Of a DNA stretch of 64,000 bases, positions 10,296 through 19,080 are shown piece by piece. Position 1 is the first letter of the stretch. Every line of letters begins with the position of its first letter. The notes under the pieces are model-generated. The model searched no databases. It was not told the DNA's origin and was given only the letters and a program-made list of their open reading frames with translations. Both the position numbers and the translations under genes were made by a program. This stretch comes from an uncultured Acidobacteriota bacterium (lineage in GTDB: Bacteria > Acidobacteriota > Vicinamibacteria > Fen-336). The stretch spans positions 4,879 to 68,878 of the forward strand of contig CAVRVE010000002.1 of the NCBI GenBank assembly GCA_963724555.1, written 5' to 3'.

Positions 10296-12059
10296 GTGAG
10301 GTGGCGGCGGCTCCAGATCAGGGCGCGCCGCCTCCTGGACCGGGTGCCGCTCCGCGAGAGCCAGAAGCTCCATCTCCTGACGTTCCTGATCGGCGGGCTC
10401 TGCGGTCTGGCCGCGGTGGCGTTCCACTGGCTCCTCGAGGCCCTCCAGAACGGGATCATCTATCGGGTGGCGGCAGATGCCGGGGCCCTGGCGGGCGCCA
10501 CTGCTCTGCTCCTGATTCCGGCGCTCGGGCGGGCTGGTCGGCGGGTGCCGGTCTTTACTTCTACGCTCCCGAGGCGCGGGGCAGCGGAATACCCCAGGTC
10601 AAGGCGGCCTTCCTGCTCGAGGGTGGACGGATCCCGGCCCGAGTGATCCCGGCCAAGATGCTGCTGCCGGCCCTCAACATCGGCACCGGCGCCAGCCTCG
10701 GCCGCGAGGGACCGACGGTCCAGATCTGCGCCGCCATCGCGTCGTTCCTGGGGCGGGTCTTCGACCTGTCGCGGGAGCGACTGCGCAGCCTGGTCCCCGT
10801 GGGCGCGGCCGCGGGCCTGGCCGCGGCGTTCAACACCCCGATCGCGGCGGTCACGTTCACCCTCGAGGAGATCCTCGGCGACACGGCGGCCAAGCCGTTG
10901 GGCTCGATCGTGATCGCGGCGGTCATCGCCTCGGTGGTCGAGCGGTCGATCCTCGGCGAGCACGCGCTCTTCAGCGTTCCGCCTACAGGCTGAACGGCGA
11001 TCGGCGAGCTGCCGTTCTACATCCTGCTCGGCCTCGTCGCCGGCGTCGCCGCCGTGGCCTTCAACGTTTCGCTGCTGCGGCTCCGGGCCTGGTTCCGCGG
11101 CAGCGACGGGTGCCCGCGTGGGCGACGCCGGGCGTGGGAGGGCTCGTCCTTGGGCGTCCTGGGCCTGTCCGCCCTCTGCTCACCGGGTCCGCCAGCATCT
11201 TCGGCGTGGGCTACCAGCAGCTGGCCGTCGGGCTGCAGGGCGGGATGCCCCTGAAGCTGATGCTGATCCTGGGCCTGTTCAAGCTCGCGGCCACGGTTGT
11301 CTCCTATTCTTCGGGGTCCTCGGGTGGGATCTTCGGTCCCTCCCTCTACATCGGGGGAATGCTGGGAGGAGTCGTCGGCATCCTGGCCAGCGTCGCGCTC
11401 GGCAGGCCCGGGCACGCAGCCGGGCGCCTTCGTGCTCGTGGGCATGGGAGCGATGTTCGCCGGAATCGTGCGCGCGCCCATCACCTCGATCGTGATCATC
11501 TTCGAGATGACGAACAACTACTCCGTGATCCTTCCGCTGATGGCCGCCAACATCACGAGCTACGCGCTCGCCCGCCGGCTCTCGCCGGCGCCGATCTACG
11601 ACGCGCTGTTGAAGCAGGACGGGATCCACCTCCCGGGTCCCAGCCGCCATCCCTTCCGGCACGTGCGGACCGCTTCGGCGATGACCCGGGAGCGCGTGAC
11701 CCTGATGCGGAGGCTCGACGGTCGCTGAGGCGTGGCGCCTGCTCGGGGCAGGCCGAGGCGCCACCACGCCTATCCGATCCTCGACGGGGCCGGCCGGTTC
11801 GTCGGCATGCTGGACGTCGCGGACATCGAGGAGCGCGCGAGGCCGGCGAGGCGGCAGGACGCTCATGGAGCTGGCACGGCGGCGTATCGGTGCATGCTCA
11901 CCCGGACCACGCCCTCGACACCGTCCTCGCCAAGCTCGGACAGCTCGGCGTGTCCGGAGCTGCCGGTGGTCAGCCGCAAGGATCCCGACGAGGCTGCTGG
12001 GAATGATCAGCATGCGCGACGTCGCGAGGGCTCTGGCGCGGGCGGCCGCGAGGCAGTGA
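10296..12059 (+). pseudogene. ClC-family chloride channel/antiporter with C-terminal CBS pair, frame-disrupted (at least 8 shifts)
   Basis: GTG 10296 with GGAGGAGGG upstream. ClC signatures GSGIPQVKA, GREGPTVQI and GIFGPSLYIGG. Also MGAMFAGIVRAPITSIVIIFEMTNNY. CBS-like HHAYPILDGAGRFVGMLDVADI and LLGMISMRDVARAL. Pieces in ORFs 10212.., 10256.., 11054.., 11110.., 11297.., 11732.., 11865... Confidence 0.8.
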
Positions 12060-12220
12060 CCTCGGACCGCGGTATCAGCGGAGCACGGCACGCGCTCGAT
12101 GCGCGCCGGACCTCGGCTGCGGCCGCTCGGCTCGTGCTGCGTGGTCGCGGACCCGGACAACCCAGCGCAGGCCGCTCGCGCTCAGCGCCACGTCAGCGAT
12201 CTCAGCGCGCGCGAGGTCCG

Positions 12221-12598
12221 TCAGACTCCCTCGCGCCGTCGGGCGTCGCGCGAGAGCTCGGACTCGCGCTCGACGGCCGCTTCCACGGTCCCGGCCGCGG
12301 CGGCGTCGACCCGCCGGCCCTTCTCGGTGATTCCCAGGAAGGCCCGCCGGCGGTCCCGCGGGTCGGGGCGCCGCCGGACGAGCCCCTGGCGCTCGAGGCG
12401 CTTCAGGATGCCGGTCAGCGTGCTCGGATGGACGTGGAGGAGCTGGGCGAGCTGGCCGGCGGGGATGCCGGGGAAGCGCGCCACGATCCGGATGACGAGC
12501 CGCTGCGGCCCCGTGACCCCGATCGCCGACTTCATGCGCTTGGAGGTCCTCTGCAGCGCGTGGTCGACGGCCCAGATGAGGCGCATGAAGTCGAGCAC
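12221..12598 (-). CDS. MarR-family transcriptional regulator
   Basis: 125-aa ORF. Winged-helix region GVTGPQRLVIRIVARFPGIPAGQLAQLLHVHPSTLTGILKRLERQGLVRRRPDPRDRRRAFLGITEKG. Same frame as the otsB stop and 17 codons downstream of it, so probably the last gene of that operon. The C-terminus may be affected by an indel. Confidence 0.8.
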   Translation of the reverse strand: MLDFMRLIWAVDHALQRTSKRMKSAIGVTGPQRLVIRIVARFPGIPAGQLAQLLHVHPSTLTGILKRLERQGLVRRRPDPRDRRRAFLGITEKGRRVDAAAAGTVEAAVERESELSRDARRREGV

Positions 12599-12649
12599 CT
12601 CGCCCAGGCGGGGAGCGGGCGCGGCCAGGCGCAGCGCCGGCCGCGCGCG

Positions 12650-15600
12650 TCATCGAGTGCGCCGCCAGCGGCCAGCGCCGGCTCCGCGCGCAGGCTCGAC
12701 GAGCGCCGCCAGCAGCTCGTCGACCGCCGCCTGGCTCCGCAGGCAGTAGGCCGCCTGCGACGTCGCGCTTCGGGCCCACGCGGATGGTCAGGAGCCGGCC
12801 CGGCTGGTCGAGGGCGAAGACGTCCTCGTCGGTCTCGTCGTCGCCCACGTAGATCGCGGTGTCGCAGCCGAGGCGGTCGCGCTCGCGCTCGCAGGGCGAT
12901 GCCCTTGTGCGGCGCTCCCTCGGGCAGGATGTTGACGACCTGCTTGCCGCCGATGACGCGCACCGGCGCCGAGCGCCGCCGCGGCCTCGCAGGATCGCCG
13001 CGCGCGCCTTCTTCTTCTCGCGCGAGCGGCGGTAGTGGATGGCGAGCGAGAAGGTCTTGTCCTCGATCGCAGACGCCCGTGAAGCGCGGCGAGGCGCTCG
13101 CGTCGAGGAGCGGCGCCCAGCGCTTGACCTCCTCGCGTCAGCGGGACGCGTCGCCTGCCAGGGCTCGATGCCGTGGTTGCCGACGACCTCGCGCAGCCGG
13201 ATGCCCCGCAGCCAGCGCTCGCGCGTCCGGCTGCGCGCGGCCGGAGATGACGATGCAGGGATAGCGGCCGCGCGACCTCGGCGAGCAGCCGCCGCGTGGT
13301 CGCGCGCATCGGCGGCCTTGTCGGGATCGCGGACGATCGGCGCCAGCGTGCCGTCGTAGTCGAAGGCCAGCAGCACGTTCGACCAGGCGAACTGCTCGGA
13401 GCAGCTCGCGGCCGGCCCGCGACAGGATGTCCCTCATCGCGACCCCGGCCGGCGGCGAGGTGATCGGTGAGGCGGCCGGTCAGGCGGTCGCGGCTGCGCA
13501 GGCGCGCGGCATCCACGAGCATCCGCCCGGCCCAGCGGTAGACGTTGAACTCGGCGAGGAACGCGCGCATCGAGCGCATCCGGTCGCGCTGCTCGTCGGC
13601 GGACATGCTGAGCGCCGCCGCCAGCGCGGCGCTCGCCTCGTCGAGGTCGTAGGGGTTGACGATCAGCGCCTCGGTGAGCTCGCGCGCCGCGCCGGTGAAC
13701 TGGCTGAGCACGAGCACGCCGCGCTCGTCGTCGCGCGCGGCGACGAACTCCTTGGCGACCAGGTTCATGCCGTCGTGGAGGCTGCTGACGTAGCAGAGGT
13801 CGGCGGCGCGGTAGTAGCGGAACACCGTCGGCGGCTCGTGGTGCGCGCCGCAGCAGGACGATCGGCCGGTAGCTCGCCGTCGCCGAAGCGCTCGTTGATC
13901 CGCGCCGCCAGCTGCTCGACGCTCTCGTTGAGCTGCCGGTAGCGCTCGATCACGGTCCGGCTCGGCGCCGCGAGCTGGACGAAGGTGAAGCGGCCGCGGA
14001 ACTCGGGGAAGCGCTCGAGCAGCCGCTCGACCGCCAGCAGCCGCTCCTCGACGCCCTTCGTGTAGTCGAGGCGATCGACGCCGACGCCGAGCAGCGCGTC
14101 CGGGCGCGAGCCCCAGCTCCTCGCAGACGCGCGCGCCGGCACTCGGCGACCGGCGGCGCGCGTCTCGAGCCAGCGGACCGGCCACTCGAGCGAGATCGGA
14201 TAGGGCCGCACGAGCGTGCTGCGCCCGTGCTGCACGACCGCGTTCTGCTCGCGGTCGATGCGCGCCTCGAGGAAGCGGTCGACCGAGTCGACGAAGTTGT
14301 TGCAGTGGAACTGCGTGTGGAAGCCGAGGATGCTGGCGCCGAGCATCCCCTCGAGCAGCTCGTTGCGCCACGGACAGATGCCGAAGCGCTCCGAGTTGGG
14401 CCAGGGGATGTGCCAGAACATGATGACCGTGGCGCGCGGCAGGCGCTCGCGGATCAGCCGCGGCGCGAGCGCGAAGTGGTAGTCCTGCACCAGGACGATC
14501 GGGTCCTCGGAGTCGACCTCCGCGCAGACGGCGTCGGCGAACCGCTGTTGCGAGTTGGGCCAGGGAATGTGCCAGAACATGATGACGGTAGCCGGGCAGC
14601 CGCTCGCGGATGAGGCGCGGAGCCAGCGCGAAGTGGTAGTCCTGCACGAGCACGATCGGATCGTCGGAGTCGACCTCCTCGCAGCAGCGGCGTCCGCGAA
14701 CTTCTGGTTGACCGCCTGGTAGTGCTCCCAGTCCTCGCTGCGGAAGATCGGACGCGCGTGCGCGATGTGGCACAGCGGCCAGAGGCCCTCGTTGGCGAAG
14801 CCGTAGTAGTAGCCCTTCTCCTCCTCGGGCGAGAGCCAGACGCGCCGGAGCAGGTAGGACTCCTCGCCCGGCGGCACGCGCACGCGGCCGTGGCGGTCGA
14901 CCGTCTCGCGGTCGGCCGATCCGCTGCCGTGGGCGATCCAGACGCCCGGAGCAGGCGCGCATGACCGGCTCGAGCGCGGTGACCAGGCCGCTCGCCGGGT
15001 GCAGGACCGCGATGCTGCCGTCCTTCGCCCGCTCGTGGATGTACGGCTCGCGGTTGGCGAGGATCACCACCTTCTCGCCGTGCAGGTAGCGGTTCAGCGT
15101 GTGCTTCAGGCGCTGCGGCGTCCACGCGCCTCCCTCGCGGTCGGCCTCCTTCTCCGCGACGATGCGCTCCACCAGCTCGCGCACGTCCCGCAGGATCGGC
15201 TGGAACTCGGGGCGCTGCGTGCCGCCGCGCAGGAAGCCCCGCAGCTCGTCGCTCCAGCCCCGCCAGGAGAGCCGCGCCGCGACGATCGTGACGACGGGCC
15301 GCGCTGAGCGCGAGAACGCCGAAGGCGAGCAGCAGGAACCGCTGCGTCGTGGCTTCGCGCCGCTCCACGAAGCTCAGGTCGTGGACCAGGACCACGAAGC
15401 CGAGGGCCCGCTCGCCGTCGAGCACGGGGATCGCGCTGACGTGGACGCCGCCGCCCGGCAGCGTCGCCACCTCGCTCCACGACGCTCCAGTCCGGAGCCG
15501 GCGCGTCGCTGCTGGCGCGCACGTGCGTCGCCGAAGTCGGCGCAGCCGAACTGGCTCGGGAAGTCCTTGGTCGCGGCGAGCGGCGTCAGGTCGGCGGCGC

Positions 15601-15850
15601 ACGCCGCGGCCGCCATGATGCGCTCGTCGTGGGCGATCTCCGCGAGCAGGCCCTTGAGCTCCGCGCGCTGCTCCTTCTGCCAGTGGGCGATCAGCGCCTG
15701 GCGCGCCCCGCTCACCGCGAGCTGCGCGCGCAGGTTGACGTCCTTCTCGAACCAGGCGCGCGTGGTCTGGTGCACGATGGCCGACGCCACCCAGGCGACG
15801 AGGCCGAGCCCGAGGACGAGCGCGATCACGAAACGCCCGGCGCCGCGCAT
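12650..15850 (-). pseudogene. otsA: membrane-anchored trehalose-6-phosphate synthase / trehalose-6-phosphate phosphatase fusion (GT20 plus HAD), heavily frame-disrupted, with an internal duplication
   Basis: ATG 15850 (MRGAGRFVIALVLGLGLVAWVASAI, a TM helix). About 220-aa N-terminal extension with a second hydrophobic segment. GT20 motifs VILANREPY, GFANEGLWPLCH, VQDYHFALAPRLIRE, MFWHIPWPNSE, GFHTQFHCNNF, VDRLDYTKG and [17 protein letters not shown]/OtsB motifs LLAFDYDGTLAPI, VVGNHG, GGKQVVNILP and IYVGDDETDEDVF. Stop TGA at 12650-12652. Pieces occur in at least 7 track ORFs. Confidence 0.8.
14393..14710. repeat. imperfect 159-bp tandem duplication (2 copies, in frame) inside otsA
   Basis: Copy 1 spans 14393-14551 and copy 2 spans 14552-14710. 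Both begin gagttgggccaggg(g/a)atgtgccagaacatgatgac. On the minus strand both encode FADA..EVDS(D/E)DPIVLVQDYHFALAPRLIRERLP.ATVIMFWHIPWPNS. Roughly 85-90% nt identity, with differences mainly at third codon positions. Confidence 0.85.
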
Positions 15851-15865
15851 GACCCGATTCAAGCA

Positions 15866-15877
15866 CAAACTAGTTTG
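15866..15877. promoter_or_regulatory. perfect 12-bp palindrome CAAACTAGTTTG in the AT-rich otsA/GH15 divergent intergenic region (candidate operator)
   Basis: Read directly from the sequence. It is flanked by the direct repeat GCACAA(A/C). On the minus strand it lies in the 17-nt spacer of TTGTGC-N17-TTGAAT, which sits 6 nt from the otsA ATG. Confidence 0.4.
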
Positions 15878-15900
15878 AGGCACAACTAATATCGGCTATA

Positions 15901-17692
15901 GTGCCGACGGTGCGCCTCGAGGATCTCGGCCTGATCGGCAACTGCCAGTTCTCCGCGCTGGTCGGACGCAGCGGCGCGGTCGTCTGGTGCTGCCTGCCGC
16001 GCTTCGACTCGGAGCCCGTCTTCTCGACGCCTGCTCGACGACGAGCGACGGCGGCCGCTTCGTCGTCGGGCCCGGCCGACGGCGCGCCGGGCACGCAGCG
16101 CTACCTCGAGAACACCAACGTCCTCGAGACGACGTTCCGAGACGGCGAGCGGCGCGTTCCGCGTGCTCGACTTCGCTCCGCGCTTCGTCCAGCACGACCG
16201 CATCTTCCGGCCGACCCAGCTCTTCCGCATCGTCGAGCCGCTCGCCGGAACGCCGCGCGTCCGCGTGCGCTGCGAGCCCGCGCCTCGGCTGGTCGAAGGC
16301 GGCGCCGCCGCGTGCTCCAGGGCTCGAACCACCTTCGCTTCGAGGGCTTCGCGAGCCCGCTGCGGCTCACGACCGACATCCCGCTCTCGTACCTCGGCGG
16401 CCAGCCCTTCGCGCTGACCGAGCGCCGGCACCTCGCGCTCACCTGGGGCGCCCCGATCGAGGAGCCGCTGCGCGCCGCTGTGCGACCGCTTTCTGCGGCG
16501 AGACGGTGCGCTACTGGCAGCGCTGGGTGAAGCACTGCAACATCCCGCCGCTCTACCAGCGGGAGGTGATCCGCTCGGCGCTCGCGCTCAAGCTGCACTG
16601 CTTCGAGGACACCGGCGCGATCGTCGCGGCGATGACGACGTCGATCCCCGAGGCGCCGGGCAGCGGCCGCACCTGGGACTACCGCTACTGCTGGCTGCGC
16701 GACGCCTACTACGCGCTCGGCGCGTTCCGCCTGCTCGGCCACTTCGAGGAGCGCGAGCAGTTCGTCCAGTACCTGCTGAACGTCGCCGCCGCCGCCCCGG
16801 ACCTGGAGCTGCGCCGCTGTACCGCGTCGACGGCAGCTCGGACCTCGAGGAGCAGGTCCTCGACGGACTGGCCCGGCTTCGGCGGCGACGGCCCGGTGCG
16901 CGTCGGCAACGGCGCGGCCAGCCACACCCAGCACGACATCTTCGGCGAGATGGTGCTGGCGCTGACGCCGATCTTCCTCGACGAGCGCTTCAGCGCCGAG
17001 CGCTCCCCGGCGACGCTCGAGCTGCTCGAGCGGCTGGCGCGCAAGGCGATCGCCGTCGCCGGGCACGCCCGACGCCGGCATCTGGGAGTACCGCACCGAG
17101 TGGAAGCCGCAGACCTTCTCGAGCCTGATGTGCTGGGCCGCGGCCGACCGGATGGCGCTGCGTCGCCGCGCAGCACGCGCCCGGCGTCGGCGCGCGAGTT
17201 CCGAGCGCCGCGGCCGCGCATCCGCGACGAGATCGTCGCCCAGGCCTGGAACGCCGAGCTCGGAGCCTTCGCGGGCACCTACGGCGGGACGGACCTCGAC
17301 GCGTCGCTGCTCCAGATGGCCAGCCTGCGGCTGCTTGCCGGCCGACGACCGCCGCCTGACGGGCACGATCGACGCGATCCGCACGGCGCTCTCGCAGGGA
17401 CGGCTGGCTCTTCCGCTACCGGCTCGACGACGGCTTCGGGCAGCCCACGGTCGCCTTCATCATCTGCACGTTCTGGCTGGTCGGAGGCGCTCGCCGTCGT
17501 CGGGCGGAACGCCGAGGCCAAGGCCGTGATGGAGCACGTCCACGCGGCGCTGTCGCCGCTCGGGCTGCTCTCCGAGGACTACGAGGCCGTCGAGCCTGCG
17601 CATGTGGGGCAACTTCCCGCAGGCGTACTCGCACGTCGGCCTGATCCACGCGGCCTTCGCGGCCTCTCCGGGATGGGCGGACGTGCTGTGAC
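15901..17692 (+). pseudogene. glycoside hydrolase family 15 (glucoamylase/trehalase-like), frame-disrupted (at least 6 shifts)
   Basis: N-terminus VRLEDLGLIGNCQFSALVGRSGAVVWCCLPRFDSEPVF. Core AIVAAMTTSIPEAPGSGRTWDYRYCWLRDAYYALGAF. Also GNGAASHTQHDIFGEMVLAL. C-terminus GLLSEDY...NFPQAYSHVGLIHAA. Stop at 17690-17692. Pieces in ORFs 15901.., 15987.., 16163.., 17128... Confidence 0.8.
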
Positions 17693-17701
17693 GTCTCGGG
17701 C

Positions 17702-18961
17702 TCACCTCCGCTGGAGCGACCAGAGGAGCAGCGGCGGGGTCAGCATGGTGGTGGCCACCACCATGAAGACCGCTGCCGCGTAGGTCCCGGCGTCGATCAC
17801 CGGGCGGTCGGCCAGGACCAGGCGTGCGCCGATGCCGGCGAAGATCAAGCCCACCTCTCCACGCGGCATCATGCCGAGGCCCAGCGTCAGTCCTGAGACT
17901 CCCTTCGGCGCCACGAGGCCGCAGGCGAGCTTCCCGACGATCGCGGCCGCCGTGAGCAGAAGCGCGAAGCCGAGGACCGACGCCGAGGCGAAGGACCGCA
18001 AGTCGACCAGCATTCCCATCCTGATGAAGAACACGGGGACGAGCAGCGCCGTGAGCGGCTCCAGGCTCTCGTGGAGTGGCGGCTCGCCTCGCTGCACGTG
18101 ATCTTTGAAATGCACTTCTTCCAGGACCAGGCCTGCCGCGAAAGCGCCGACGATCGGTGCCAGGCCCGCCTTCAGGGCCACGAAGGACAAGAAGAAGCAG
18201 AGCCCCAGGGACAGCGCGAGGACCACGCCGCGGCTCCGCAGCGCGAGCGCGCCGCGGAAGAGCCTCGGCGAGATCAGCGAGCCGATCAGGAGCGCTCCGA
18301 TCAGGAACAGGACCGCCTTGGCCACGATCGAGACGACGGAACCGGCGGACAGCGCAGCCCCGCTGGCGGCAGCCGTGATGATGCCCGAGACCACCGCCAG
18401 GACCACGAGCCCGAGAACGTCGTCGATGACTGCGGCCCCCAGGATGATCCGGGCGAAGGGCGCCCGCAGCGCGCCTGCATCCTTCAGCACCCGCGCGGTG
18501 ATCCCGACGCTGGTCGCGGCGAGCATGGCCCCCAGGAACGCGTGGAGCATCCACGGCTCCTGAGGCCGCATCAGCTCGCCGACTCCAAACCCGAGCAGCA
18601 TGGGCGTCACGACGCCGACCACCGCGACCAGGGCGGCTCGGCCACCGACGGCCATCATCTCCTTTGGTGTCGACTCGAGGCCTACGTGAAAGAGCAGGAG
18701 CACGGCGCCGAGCTCCGCCATGGCGGTCAGCGTCTCGCTCGAAGCCAGCGCCGAGACGTCGGGGCCACCGAAGAGTGCGGCGTTGCCGGCCAGGATCCCG
18801 ACGATCAGTTCGCCCAGCACTGCAGGCTGGCCCAGGCGCTCGACCAGCTCTCCGGCGAGCTTCGCGCAGACGATGGCGAACGCCAGGGCCAGCAGGACCG
18901 TCGGGACGGCATCGGAGTCGTGGCCGCCAGCGGTAGCCGCCAAGAGAGACGGCACGTTCAC
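17702..18961 (-). CDS. cation:proton antiporter (CPA2/Kef-NapA type)
   Basis: Intact 419-aa polytopic ORF. Motif AKLAGELVERLGQPAVLGELIVGILAGN. GTG start with GAGGAGGA upstream. Confidence 0.85.
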   Translation of the reverse strand: MNVPSLLAATAGGHDSDAVPTVLLALAFAIVCAKLAGELVERLGQPAVLGELIVGILAGNAALFGGPDVSALASSETLTAMAELGAVLLLFHVGLESTPKEMMAVGGRAALVAVVGVVTPMLLGFGVGELMRPQEPWMLHAFLGAMLAATSVGITARVLKDAGALRAPFARIILGAAVIDDVLGLVVLAVVSGIITAAASGAALSAGSVVSIVAKAVLFLIGALLIGSLISPRLFRGALALRSRGVVLALSLGLCFFLSFVALKAGLAPIVGAFAAGLVLEEVHFKDHVQRGEPPLHESLEPLTALLVPVFFIRMGMLVDLRSFASASVLGFALLLTAAAIVGKLACGLVAPKGVSGLTLGLGMMPRGEVGLIFAGIGARLVLADRPVIDAGTYAAAVFMVVATTMLTPPLLLWSLQRR

Positions 18962-19080
18962 GTGGTCCTCCTCGAGTCAGTCAGTTTGACGGCGGGCGGA
19001 ACGTCACCACATCGTACCGTTCGCATGGGCCTGCCCCCGATCGAGCTCCGCGCCGAGCATTGCGGGCCCCGAGACGCCCT

